From NCBI GenBank assembly GCA_009837815.1, contig VXSV01000140.1, positions 5,528-69,527 on the forward strand: DNA of 64,000 nt. Direction: 5' to 3'. Source of the stretch: Acidimicrobiia bacterium. GTDB taxonomy: Bacteria > Actinomycetota > Acidimicrobiia > Spongiisociales > ZC4RG35. Position numbers and translations under genes: made by a program. Shown piece after piece: positions 29,001-38,878 of this stretch. The notes below the pieces were generated by a model. The model made no database searches and was not told where the DNA came from. It was given only the letters and a program-made list of their open reading frames with translations. The stretch's first letter is position 1. Each line of letters begins with the position of its first letter.

Positions 29001-29999
29001 CTACCCGTCGTCTCGAATCCTCCCCAGCACCCTGTAAAGCTCTCTTTCGGCTGCCCGCATCTCATGGGCCATGTTCAGGTCCCTCACCCGATTGAACTCG
29101 GGAAACCCGGCCTGCTGTTCGGCGGTCCACTCCCGGGCGAAAGAGCCATCCTGGATGCGGGAGATGATCGCTCTCAGCCTGGTCCGTTCGGCCTCCTCCT
29201 CCCGGGTCGAGAGCCTGCCGGTCACCTCCTGCCCGTACTGGCTGGTGCGGGAGTGGAGCGTGATCTGGTCCCAGAGCCCTATGTCACGATACGCCCTGGC
29301 GGTTTCGATGCCCTCGCCCGATGCGTAGAACTCCAGCATGGCCGCCTCGGGACTGCACCCGGCCTCCACCAGGACTTCGCAGTAGCGACGCACTGCGTAG
29401 AGGAAACCCACCTGCTCGGCGAAGAGGTCCACGGTCGTTTCCTCGAGGAAGCTGGATTCGATCACGCCCATCCTTGCGGACCCTATCCCTTTGCAGAGGG
29501 CCAGCATCCTCTCGAAGGCGGTCTCGGTAGCTGACTGGTGAACGGCGACGAGACTGGGGAAGCCCTCTCCGCGCAGGTAAGTGTCCCTAACTCCCGCGCC
29601 GATCATGCGAGGGGCGATCAAGACCACATCGACGTCGGAGGGTGGCTCGATCAGGTCGAAGGTGATGTTGTACCCGCTGGCGAAGACCAGCATGTCGCCC
29701 GGTTCGAGGTTCGGGGAGATGTCCTGGTGGTAGACCTGGGGCATCACCTCATCGGGGACCAGCAGGAAGATCACATCGGAGCGTTCTGCCGCTTCTCCAA
29801 CCGGGAACACTGCGAAGCCATCCTCCACCGCAGCCCGGTATGACGCGTCCCGACGGCTGCCCACCACAACCGAGAGCCCGCTGTCCCGCATGTTGAGGGC
29901 CTGGGAGCGGCCCTGGTTGCCGTAACCCACGATGCAGATGGTCTGGTCGGCGACAAATGCCAGGTCCGAGTCCTCCTCGAAGTGCATTCGGGCCATCAC
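29001..29999 (-). CDS. ilvC: Ketol-acid reductoisomerase (class I).
   Basis: The NADPH-binding motif GYGNQG is present. KARI catalytic-domain motifs are present. The protein is 332 aa. Confidence 0.9.
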   Translation of the reverse strand: MMARMHFEEDSDLAFVADQTICIVGYGNQGRSQALNMRDSGLSVVVGSRRDASYRAAVEDGFAVFPVGEAAERSDVIFLLVPDEVMPQVYHQDISPNLEPGDMLVFASGYNITFDLIEPPSDVDVVLIAPRMIGAGVRDTYLRGEGFPSLVAVHQSATETAFERMLALCKGIGSARMGVIESSFLEETTVDLFAEQVGFLYAVRRYCEVLVEAGCSPEAAMLEFYASGEGIETARAYRDIGLWDQITLHSRTSQYGQEVTGRLSTREEEAERTRLRAIISRIQDGSFAREWTAEQQAGFPEFNRVRDLNMAHEMRAAERELYRVLGRIRDDG

Positions 30000-30138
30000 T
30001 GCTCCTCCTTTTGCCTCAACCGCCTGCGGACCATGACCTTAACAGTGTCGGATCTTCCCTCCTAACTTCGCTCGGGCCGGTACCTTACCCCTTACAGGGA
30101 GCAAAACTTTGGAAGGATGTTGAGAAAGGAGACACTCC

Positions 30139-32169
30139 ATGGGATTAAGGACAAAACTGCTTTGCCTCTTGGCAGTGTTCGCTTTGGTGGCGGCGGCATG
30201 CGCAGAGGACGAGGAGACGCCTGAGACCACCGCCGCGTCCGCAACCGAAACCACGGCGGCGCCTGCCCCGGCAACCACCGCAGCGCCCGATGAGCCCGAG
30301 GAGATGGATGAGCCGGAAGAGATGGATGAGCCCGAGGAGATGGATGAGCCCGAGGAGATGCCGATGGCCGCCACTTACCGGCTGGGTATTTTCTCCGCTC
30401 CCACCACCGACAACCCTTGGGCGGCTCTCGACACCGAGTCGGAGATCTGGAACCAGTATGTGATTCCGGGCCAGATCTCGCTGTACGCTTATCAGGGCCC
30501 GACCTACACGGTGGTGCCGTCGCTGGCCTCTGACCCCAGTCCCCCTCAAGTCGAGGCGGATGGCGACGCCTACTCGGTCACCGTGAACCTGCGTTCAGGC
30601 GTGACCTGGTCGGACGGTTCTCCAATCACGGCCAACGACGCGGTGTTCACCTTCAACACCATCGAGAAGTACAACGGCCTGGGAGGCAACTTCCCCAGCA
30701 TCTGGCCTCTGGCCCGCGACGATGATCCCGCAACCGAGGACGACGAGTCGTCCCAGGGCGTCTCGTCCGTGGAGGCCCTTGACGATCTGACCGTCAAGAT
30801 CACCTTCAACTTCGAGCCGGGACTGGCGATCTGGCCGCTTTCGGTGGGTCTGGCGTCGATCTTCCAGGAGGCCTTCTGGGGCCCCATCGTGGACGCTTCC
30901 GATGACTTCGAGACTCTCTACGCAGCCTCAGGCCTCGGCGCTCCCAACGCATCCGGCTTCGACTCCGCGGAGTGGGAACCGGGCGCCTTTTGGCGCAACG
31001 TCGCTCTCGATTCCTATTGGGACAGCGGCAGCCGGTACACGGTCTACAGTTCCGGCGCCGTGGAGTACACCAGTGGCGGAACTACCGAAAACTGGGGTGG
31101 CGACCCCGGTGGAGACGTGGTGGCCGACTACACCGAAGGGCCCTTCATCTCCGAAAGCCTCTATTCGATCTACACCGACCAGAACGCGGCGGTGCTGGCG
31201 CTCACCGAGGGCGAAGTGGACTTCCTGCTGAACCCGCTCGGATTGCAGGCCGGTCTCCGCAACGAGATCCTGGCTGCCCCCAACCTCGAGGTGGCGGTGA
31301 ACGATCAGAACGGGATGCGGTATCTGGCCTACAACACCCGGAAGTTCCCGATGAACGACCTTGGCTTCCGAAGGGCGCTGGCCTGCATGATCGACAAGGA
31401 CTTCGTGGCGAACACGGTGCTGGGAGGCACGGCCTACTCGATCAACTCGATGGTCCCACCCGGCAACGCCTACTGGTACAACCCCGACATCACAGCGCCA
31501 TGCGCCGGCCAGAGCACCCAGGAGAGAGTGGCTTCGGCCGTACAGATCTTCAAGGACGCCGGCTGGACATGGGACGTGGAGCCTGCTTGGGACGAGGGCA
31601 ACCGCGACGTGATACCCAAGGGCGAAGGCTTGCGGGGTCCCGGCGGGGAGACCATTCCCGATCTCACCCTGCTCGCTCCCGGACCGGGATACGACCCGAT
31701 GAGGGCCACCTACTCGCTGTTCATCGAGGAGTGGGCCACCGATCTGGGCATCCCGCTCTCCGCAGAGCCCACCGGGTTCTCGGTGATCGTGGACAAGGTG
31801 TTCGTCGGCGATCCGCTGCTCTGGGACATCTACATCCTGGGGTGGGGACTCACTCCGTTCCCGGATCACGTCTTCGACTTCTTCCGGTCGTCGAACGATT
31901 CGGCTCTGGGCGGGTTCAACACCCCCGGGTATTCCAATCCCGCCTTCGACGCGCTGGCTGATGAGTTCGACCGGGCCAAGACCCTGGCTGAGGCGCGCGA
32001 CCTGATCCATCAGGCCGACGCCATCCTTGCTGAGGATCTGCCCTATGTGACGCTGTTCAACACACCGTTGATAGAGGCGTATTCGAACCATCTCACCTTC
32101 CCTTTCACGACAATCCTCGACGGTCTGCAAAGCGCCGGGGCGTTGACGGCGGTGGTGACGATCGGCTGA
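30139..32169 (+). CDS. ABC transporter substrate-binding lipoprotein, family 5 (peptide/nickel, DppA/OppA-like).
   Basis: It has a lipoprotein signal (VAAACAE), an acidic linker with tandem DEPEEM repeats and a large family-5 SBP fold. DppBCDF homologues follow. Confidence 0.75.
   Translation: MGLRTKLLCLLAVFALVAAACAEDEETPETTAASATETTAAPAPATTAAPDEPEEMDEPEEMDEPEEMDEPEEMPMAATYRLGIFSAPTTDNPWAALDTESEIWNQYVIPGQISLYAYQGPTYTVVPSLASDPSPPQVEADGDAYSVTVNLRSGVTWSDGSPITANDAVFTFNTIEKYNGLGGNFPSIWPLARDDDPATEDDESSQGVSSVEALDDLTVKITFNFEPGLAIWPLSVGLASIFQEAFWGPIVDASDDFETLYAASGLGAPNASGFDSAEWEPGAFWRNVALDSYWDSGSRYTVYSSGAVEYTSGGTTENWGGDPGGDVVADYTEGPFISESLYSIYTDQNAAVLALTEGEVDFLLNPLGLQAGLRNEILAAPNLEVAVNDQNGMRYLAYNTRKFPMNDLGFRRALACMIDKDFVANTVLGGTAYSINSMVPPGNAYWYNPDITAPCAGQSTQERVASAVQIFKDAGWTWDVEPAWDEGNRDVIPKGEGLRGPGGETIPDLTLLAPGPGYDPMRATYSLFIEEWATDLGIPLSAEPTGFSVIVDKVFVGDPLLWDIYILGWGLTPFPDHVFDFFRSSNDSALGGFNTPGYSNPAFDALADEFDRAKTLAEARDLIHQADAILAEDLPYVTLFNTPLIEAYSNHLTFPFTTILDGLQSAGALTAVVTIG
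30291..30362. repeat. Tandem 18-bp repeat x4 (gatgagcccgaggagatg) encoding (DEPEEM)4 in the SBP linker.
   Basis: Seen directly in the sequence. Confidence 0.8.
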
Positions 32170-32269
32170 TAGAAAGCACGAACCTGAATGGGGGGAGCTG
32201 TCCCTTTGGGGGCGGCTCCCCCGGTCCTATTCCGATTGAGAGGGAGCAGGAAGTTGAAGGCATAGGAAC

Positions 32270-33448
32270 TTGATCCGGTATTTGACCCGCCGGTTGGTCC
32301 AGATGGTGCTTTTGTTTCTGGTTTTCCTGACGGTCACGTGGTTCCTGCTCTACATCCTTCCCGGAGACTCCGTCGCGCTGAAATATGCCGGAAACCCCAA
32401 CATCCCACCCGAAGCCAGGGAGGTGGCCTTGGAAAGGCTGGGCCTGGACAAACCGGTGCTCATCCAGTTCCGCGACTACATGTTCAACTTCTTCCAGGGC
32501 GACCTGGGAGTCTCTTTCAACCAGTACCCGCGGCCGGTGGTCGACATTATCGGCGAGCGGTTGCCACGCACCTTGGTCCTGTTCCTAACCGCTCTGGTCA
32601 CCTACTACTGGGCCGGATTCGTGGCCGGAAAGTTTCTTGCCTGGCGACGCGGGAATCGCGGCGAGATGGCGGTCACCATCGGAGGTGTGGGGCTCTATTC
32701 GATGTTCCTGCCGTTCTTCGCTTTCATGCTTATCTGGTTCTTCAGTGTCCAACTGGGTTGGCTGCCCATCTCCAAGTTTCTGGATCCGGAGCAGTGGAGA
32801 GATGCACCGTTCGCGGCGAACGAGGTGTTCATGCGGCTCTTTTGGGTCACCCTGCTCACCGCCATCGCCATGTTTATGGCAAGTCTCGCAGCGCATCGGA
32901 CCCGTGGTCGGATGCTGGAGCGCATCCTTCGGTGGGGGGGCGGCGCCCTGGTGATAGCAGCGTTCCTCTTCTACTGGTTCGGAACCGAGGCAGGCCAGGG
33001 TATGCGGATCTATGCCGGGGACATCGCCTTTCACATGATTCTCCCGGTGTTGACCCTAACCCTTATCAACTTCGCGGGGGTGATGCTCCTGACCCGCAGT
33101 TCCATGCTGGAGACCCTGCGGGAGGACTTCATACTCACCGCCCGGGCCAAGGGACTGCCGGAGGGGATGATCCGGGATCGGCACGCAGCGCGGACCGCCC
33201 TCCTGCCGGTGGCGACCTCGCTGGTGCTGGCTGTGGCCACCGTTATCGATGGAGGGGTCATCACCGAAGCCGTCTTCTCCTGGCCGGGCATGGGAGAGAT
33301 CTTGATCTCTTCGGTGTTGAGTGAGGACATTCCTTTGGCGGTTGGGGCGTTTGCCTTCATTGGCGTGTTGGCGCTGATCGGGCACTTCGTGGTTGATGTG
33401 CTTTATGGGTTGCTCGATCCCCGTATCCGGGTGACCGAACATGGTTGA
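32270..33448 (+). CDS. Peptide ABC transporter permease (DppB/OppB-like).
   Basis: It carries a BPD_transp_1-type permease signature with 6+ TM helices. Confidence 0.8.
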   Translation: MIRYLTRRLVQMVLLFLVFLTVTWFLLYILPGDSVALKYAGNPNIPPEAREVALERLGLDKPVLIQFRDYMFNFFQGDLGVSFNQYPRPVVDIIGERLPRTLVLFLTALVTYYWAGFVAGKFLAWRRGNRGEMAVTIGGVGLYSMFLPFFAFMLIWFFSVQLGWLPISKFLDPEQWRDAPFAANEVFMRLFWVTLLTAIAMFMASLAAHRTRGRMLERILRWGGGALVIAAFLFYWFGTEAGQGMRIYAGDIAFHMILPVLTLTLINFAGVMLLTRSSMLETLREDFILTARAKGLPEGMIRDRHAARTALLPVATSLVLAVATVIDGGVITEAVFSWPGMGEILISSVLSEDIPLAVGAFAFIGVLALIGHFVVDVLYGLLDPRIRVTEHG

Positions 33449-34562
33449 GATGACGAACCTCCCCGAAGACCCTCGGCCAGAGGACTCCCCGGTCTCGGCC
33501 GCGATTGGCGGAGGGGGGGAGTCTTGGTGGAAGATCCGGCTGGCTCTGATGCGGCGATCTTTCCGGGACAACTGGAAGATCTTTCGCCGCAACAAAGTCG
33601 GTGTGTTCGGATTGGTGATCATCGCCTTCTGGGGGATCATGGCGGTGATGCCCACTGTGTTCTTCGCCACCGGGTTCTGGACTCCGGCTGTGTATGACCC
33701 GGTAACCGGCCTGGAACTCGATCCGCCCACCCGCACGATGACCATGGTGGAACGCATAACCGACCCCAACACCGAGATCGACCGCAGAGCGGTCCTCCTG
33801 GACGGACGAATTCCCGACACCCTTCAAATAGGGGACACCTTTGAGTTGCCGTTGCAACCGGCGCCTCCCGATGGTCGGCATTGGCTGGGAACCGATCCGC
33901 TGGGTCGCGACATATTGTCGCAGCTGATGCACGGAGCGCGCGCCTCATTCTTCCTGGGGATCGTGGCGGCGGTGGTGACGGTGGTGATCGGCACCACGAT
34001 CGGATCGGTGGCCGCTTATTTCGGAGGGATGGTGGACTCTTTTCTGATGCGGCTCGCCGATCTACTGATAATGATTCCCGGCGTGGCGCTGCTGATAGTG
34101 ATCGGGGCGGTGTTCACCTACCAGCTCTGGCACCTGGCGGTGGTGATCGGAGTGCTGTCCGGTTTCGGAGGCACGGCGATCGTCCTCAAATCGCAGGCCC
34201 TGGCAGTGAAGGTCAAACCGTTCATCGACGCCGCCAGGGTGGCAGGAGGGTCGGCGCGGCACATCATCTTCTATCACCTGATCCCCAACGTGATGCCGCT
34301 CAGCGTCCTCTACATGATGTTCACCGTAACCGGCGCCATCCAATCCGAAGCGGTCTTGTCTTTCTTGGGGATCTTCAACACAGACACTTCCTGGGGCCTG
34401 ATGATGAATCTGGCCCGGACGCAGGGATACCTTCTTCAGGTAGCCGACTTCTGGTGGCTGACGGTTCCCGCAGGCCTGGCGGTGACCCTTCTGTCCGGAG
34501 CCTTCTTTCTGGTGGGAAGGGGCATGGACGAGATAGTCAACCCGAGGTTGCGCAGACGATGA
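33441..34562 (+). CDS. Peptide ABC transporter permease (DppC/OppC-like).
   Basis: It is a permease with a long N-terminal extension and overlaps the neighbouring genes. Confidence 0.8.
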   Translation: MVEMTNLPEDPRPEDSPVSAAIGGGGESWWKIRLALMRRSFRDNWKIFRRNKVGVFGLVIIAFWGIMAVMPTVFFATGFWTPAVYDPVTGLELDPPTRTMTMVERITDPNTEIDRRAVLLDGRIPDTLQIGDTFELPLQPAPPDGRHWLGTDPLGRDILSQLMHGARASFFLGIVAAVVTVVIGTTIGSVAAYFGGMVDSFLMRLADLLIMIPGVALLIVIGAVFTYQLWHLAVVIGVLSGFGGTAIVLKSQALAVKVKPFIDAARVAGGSARHIIFYHLIPNVMPLSVLYMMFTVTGAIQSEAVLSFLGIFNTDTSWGLMMNLARTQGYLLQVADFWWLTVPAGLAVTLLSGAFFLVGRGMDEIVNPRLRRR

Positions 34563-35590
34563 CCGCCGACCGGCTGCCCGTGGAGGTTTCCGGCGGCCGC
34601 GCGCCGTTGCTGGAAGTCAGTGGGCTGGTGTTGCGTTATGACACAGAGGTCGGGGAGGTCTCCGCAGTGGAGAACGTCAGCTTTTCTCTGGGTCGAGCGG
34701 AAGCCATGGGCCTGGTCGGAGAATCGGGGTGTGGCAAGACGTCGGTTGCTCTGTCCCTCCTCCGTCTGGCGCCCGACAACGCCAGGTACCGATCGGGGTC
34801 GATCCTCTGGGAGGGCGTGGACCTGCTCGGTCTGTCCGATCAGCAGATGCGCCTGTACCGGTGGGCGGAGATCTCGATGGTCTTTCAAGGAGCCATGAAC
34901 GCCTGGAACCCCGTGTATCGGGTGGGAGAGCAGATCCGGGAGGCGATGTATCAACACTTCGACCCTCCACTGAGCAAACCGGAGACAAATCAGCGCCTGG
35001 ATGACTTGTTCAGGCTGGTGGGTCTGGATCCGGCCGTGCAGAACCGCTACCCTCATGAGTTGTCGGGAGGGATGCGCCAGCGGGCGGTGATCGCCATGGC
35101 GCTCTCGTGCGAGCCCAAACTGATCATCGCCGATGAGCCCACCACCGCGCTGGATGTGATAGTTCAGGCCCAGATCCTCGAGGAGTTGAAGGAGATCCAG
35201 GAGGACCTGGGGCTCTCGATTCTGTACATCAGCCACGATATGGCCGTGATTGCCCAGGTGACCGACACCATCGGAGTCATGTACGCCGGCAAGTTGGTGG
35301 AATTCGGGCCGACCCGGGAGGTTTTCCGCCGGCCGCGGCATCCCTACTCGTTTCTTCTCCTTTCTTCCATTCCGTCGGTCACCGGCCCTCGCCGGCGACC
35401 GGTCTCCCTGGAGGGGACGCCACCCAACCTGCTGGCGCCCCCGGCGGGTTGCCGTTTCCATCCCCGCTGTCCGTGGGCGACGGAGCAATGTCGCAACGAT
35501 GAACCTCCGATGATGCAGATCGGGCCTTCCCAGTGGGCGGCATGCTGGAATGCTGAGCAGGTGCCGGAGATGGGAGACCAACTCCCATGA
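34559..35590 (+). CDS. Peptide ABC transporter ATP-binding protein (DppD/OppD-like).
   Basis: It has a Walker A (GESGCGKTS), an ABC signature (LSGGMRQRA) and an Opp C-terminal extension with CxxC. Confidence 0.85.
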   Translation: MTADRLPVEVSGGRAPLLEVSGLVLRYDTEVGEVSAVENVSFSLGRAEAMGLVGESGCGKTSVALSLLRLAPDNARYRSGSILWEGVDLLGLSDQQMRLYRWAEISMVFQGAMNAWNPVYRVGEQIREAMYQHFDPPLSKPETNQRLDDLFRLVGLDPAVQNRYPHELSGGMRQRAVIAMALSCEPKLIIADEPTTALDVIVQAQILEELKEIQEDLGLSILYISHDMAVIAQVTDTIGVMYAGKLVEFGPTREVFRRPRHPYSFLLLSSIPSVTGPRRRPVSLEGTPPNLLAPPAGCRFHPRCPWATEQCRNDEPPMMQIGPSQWAACWNAEQVPEMGDQLP

Positions 35591-36588
35591 GCCTGGTGAG
35601 GGTGGAAGGGCTGCGCAAGTTGTTTCCGGTGTCGGCGGGTTTCCTCCGGCGCAGAACGGGATTCGTGCATGCGGTGGACAGCATCGACTTCGAGATCGGG
35701 CCGGGAGAGAGTCTGGGGCTGGTAGGAGAGTCGGGATGCGGAAAAACGACCACAGGGCGTATGTTGGTGCGCCTTGACGAGCCCGACGAGGGGCGGATTT
35801 TCCTCAGCCGGCCGGACGGTGCGGATGTGGACGTCGTCGAACTCCGCTCCGACCAGCGGACCGGGTTCCGTCGGCAGGTCCAGATGATCTTCCAGGACCC
35901 CTATGAGTCGATCAACCCGCGCCGCACGGTGTACGAGACAATTGCCGAGCCTCTTCTCATCCATCGGATCGGTGATCTGAGCACCCGGGAAGAGCAGATC
36001 AGGGACATGCTCCGCAAAGTAGGTTTGGCCCCGGCGGAGTCATTCATGTTCCGCTATCCCCATGAGTTGTCGGGTGGGCAGCGCCAGCGGGTCGCCATAG
36101 CCAGGGCCCTGATTCTGCAGCCCAGGCTGGTTGTGGCCGACGAGCCGACTTCGATGCTCGACGTCAGCATTCGCATCTCGATCATGGAGTTGATGTCACA
36201 GTTGGCCAAGGAGATGGGAGTGGCGTATCTCTACATCACCCATGACCTGGCGGTGGCCCGGTACATGTGCGACCGGATCGCGGTGATGTATCTGGGCAAG
36301 GTGGTTGAGATCGGAGAGACCGAGCAATTGTTGGCCAACCCGCTCCACCCCTACACGCAGGCGCTCCTCTCGGCGGTCCCGGTTCCCGACCCGGCGTTGC
36401 CTCCCCCTGAAGTCCGCATCAAGGGAGGCATCGGCAAGGCGGTCAATCCGGCGCCTGAGTGCCGGTTCGTGGATCGCTGCCCGCGGGCTGCCGACGTTTG
36501 TCGCACCACGCCACACCCCCCACTGGAGGACAAAGGCTCCGGTCGGATGGTCTCCTGCCACCTGGTGGAGTCCCTGGTCGGCAGGTAA
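35587..36588 (+). CDS. Peptide ABC transporter ATP-binding protein (DppF/OppF-like).
   Basis: It has a Walker A (GESGCGKTT), the signature LSGGQRQRV and an Opp C-terminal domain. Confidence 0.85.
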   Translation: MSLVRVEGLRKLFPVSAGFLRRRTGFVHAVDSIDFEIGPGESLGLVGESGCGKTTTGRMLVRLDEPDEGRIFLSRPDGADVDVVELRSDQRTGFRRQVQMIFQDPYESINPRRTVYETIAEPLLIHRIGDLSTREEQIRDMLRKVGLAPAESFMFRYPHELSGGQRQRVAIARALILQPRLVVADEPTSMLDVSIRISIMELMSQLAKEMGVAYLYITHDLAVARYMCDRIAVMYLGKVVEIGETEQLLANPLHPYTQALLSAVPVPDPALPPPEVRIKGGIGKAVNPAPECRFVDRCPRAADVCRTTPHPPLEDKGSGRMVSCHLVESLVGR

Positions 36589-36785
36589 ACCCTCCGCAGT
36601 TTGCAGGGTTGATGGCCGCCGAGGGGGTGCGACTTCTTGGTCATCCGGCCGGGATGACCTCTCCTTTGCCGGATCCTGAACCCATTTCCAACGCCGGCGC
36701 AGGTATAATTGCCTTCCCTGCCATGAACTGAAGTGTTCTGGATTGGTTGGGAGAGACCGGAGCGATGGTTCTTTCTTCGAGTGAT

Positions 36786-38789
36786 ATGACAACGAATCCT
36801 TTGAGTTTGTCGGATGAACTCGTACTGATGCTTCTCAACGAGGAGAACGGCTACTTTCATCAGGTGCCCGGCTGGGATTTGAACTGCGCCGTGATTGGAG
36901 CGGTGCTGGCGGAACTGTCACTCATGTCCCGCATCGACACGGACAGGGAGTCCCTGTTTCTGCTTGACCCCACACCTACAGGCAATGCCGCTCTGGACCC
37001 CATCCTGGAGGAAATCGCGGCTGATCAGGTCCAACGAAGCGCCCAATACTGGATCGAACGGCTTGCTCCTCGCGCCGAGTCGATCATCGACTTGACCCTG
37101 GACCACCTGGTTGAGGCGAGAATCCTTGAACACCACAACGGAGACTTCTGGACGCTGGCTCGCAGCAAGGGAAAATCGCAAATGTTCAACGGATCGGCAG
37201 ACAGTGGGATCCAGTTCGTCAAGACGCGCATCACCCAGGCGATTTTCGACAACGAGATTCCCGACCCGAGAGACATCATCATTATCTGTCTGGTCAACAC
37301 CTGCGATGTCTTCCGCTTCATGTTTCAACTCGATGAGGAAGCGGAGAAGCGCATCGAGTTCATCTGCAATATGGACCTGTTGGGCCGATCAATCGCCGCG
37401 GCTGTTTCCCACAATCTCTCCGGCCCGATTTTTCGCCGCTCCGCTCTGAGCAAGAAAATCCCGGTCGTTCCGCTGCGTAAGTTGGCGGTCAATCGGAACC
37501 TGCGCCGAGGCAACATACCCGCGTTCTTTGCGGACCTGACCAACGAGTACGGCCCGGTGTTCCAACTGCGCCCTCCATTCGGCGATCCGAAGACATTCCT
37601 GGCCGGACCTGAGATAAACCGCTGGGTGAACCGCAATGGACGCATGTACCTGAGGGCAAAGGACTATTTCAGCGACTTCGAGAAGGTCTATGGCGCCAAT
37701 GGAGTGCTCCCTTCCCTGGATGGCGCCGATCATTTTCGGCTACGCAAGTCCATGGCGCCGGCGTACTCCCGCAGAAGGCTGGCCAGTCAACTGGAAGAGG
37801 TCTATGGTCAAGTGCGGGGCCAAATGACGACTTGGGAGGTCGGGGCTGCCTACCCGGCCACCAGCATGTGTCGGCGACTGGTGAACGCCCAAGTCTCGCC
37901 GCTAATGGTCAGTGTTCAATCCCAGGACATCATCGACGACCTGATGGCTTACAAGGAAAGAGCGCTGAACACCCACATCGTGAAGGTCCTGCCCAAGTTC
38001 ATGCTGAAGACCCCGGGCATGAGACGGCGGGCGAAGGCTATCGACACGTTGCTGGATCGGGTGCATAGGGGACACACTCCCGCTCAACGGGCCGGGTGCC
38101 CGCGTGACCTGGCGGATGACTTTCTGAGCCTGCACGCCAGCGACCCCCAGTTCTTACCCGAGTCAAACCTGACGTTCGCCTTTGCGGCCGCGCTGATCGC
38201 CAGTGTGTACTTGGGCGATGCGCTCAGCTTCGCCCTGTACGCCATGGCGGCGCACCCGGGTCTCCAGACCAGAGTCCAGAGCGAAGCCGATGTTCTGTTC
38301 GCCGACGGCCTTCCCGATGGCCGCGACTTCAACCCGTCAAAGATCGACGTCACCCATCGCATGATGATGGAGTCTCTGCGTATCTATCCGATCGTCCCGA
38401 TGTCCATGCGGAACGTGATGAACGCATGTCAGGTCGAGGGATACGAGTTGCCTTTGGGGTCACGGGTCCACATTGCCCAGACCGCCGCCCATTACATGGA
38501 AGATGTCTTTCCCGATCCCTTCAAATTCGATATCGACCGGTACCTGCCCCCGCGCCTCGAGCACCAGAGTCCCGGATACGCACCGTACGGGCTGGGCACT
38601 CACAAGTGTCTCGGATCCCGTTGGATGGAACTGCAGTTGACCGTCAATGTGCTCTTGGTGGCGCATCACTTCACTCTGGAAGTGTCCCCCGCCAACTACA
38701 AGCTCAAGTTCAGCCCCTTGCCCTCGTTGAAACCGAGCAAGAAACTGAAGTTCCGCATCGCCGAGCAGAGGACCGCGGTACGCGCCTGA
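36786..38789 (+). CDS. Fusion protein: N-terminal GPP34 (GOLPH3/Vps74) family domain plus C-terminal cytochrome P450.
   Basis: The N-terminal ~230 aa match GPP34-family hallmarks (LSDELVLMLLNEENGYF, DPTPTG, AQYWIERL). The C-terminal ~440 aa are a P450 with the ExxR motif (ESLRIYP) and the heme-ligand loop (YGLGTHKCLG). The start could also be at 36747 or 36765. Confidence 0.7.
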   Translation: MTTNPLSLSDELVLMLLNEENGYFHQVPGWDLNCAVIGAVLAELSLMSRIDTDRESLFLLDPTPTGNAALDPILEEIAADQVQRSAQYWIERLAPRAESIIDLTLDHLVEARILEHHNGDFWTLARSKGKSQMFNGSADSGIQFVKTRITQAIFDNEIPDPRDIIIICLVNTCDVFRFMFQLDEEAEKRIEFICNMDLLGRSIAAAVSHNLSGPIFRRSALSKKIPVVPLRKLAVNRNLRRGNIPAFFADLTNEYGPVFQLRPPFGDPKTFLAGPEINRWVNRNGRMYLRAKDYFSDFEKVYGANGVLPSLDGADHFRLRKSMAPAYSRRRLASQLEEVYGQVRGQMTTWEVGAAYPATSMCRRLVNAQVSPLMVSVQSQDIIDDLMAYKERALNTHIVKVLPKFMLKTPGMRRRAKAIDTLLDRVHRGHTPAQRAGCPRDLADDFLSLHASDPQFLPESNLTFAFAAALIASVYLGDALSFALYAMAAHPGLQTRVQSEADVLFADGLPDGRDFNPSKIDVTHRMMMESLRIYPIVPMSMRNVMNACQVEGYELPLGSRVHIAQTAAHYMEDVFPDPFKFDIDRYLPPRLEHQSPGYAPYGLGTHKCLGSRWMELQLTVNVLLVAHHFTLEVSPANYKLKFSPLPSLKPSKKLKFRIAEQRTAVRA

Positions 38790-38878
38790 CCCTCGGTGAT
38801 CGAGGTTTCTGCTGACCGCATGGGAGGAATAGCGGGCCCGCCAGGGGCCGTTAGCCGATTGGCGACCGTGCCGGTTTC

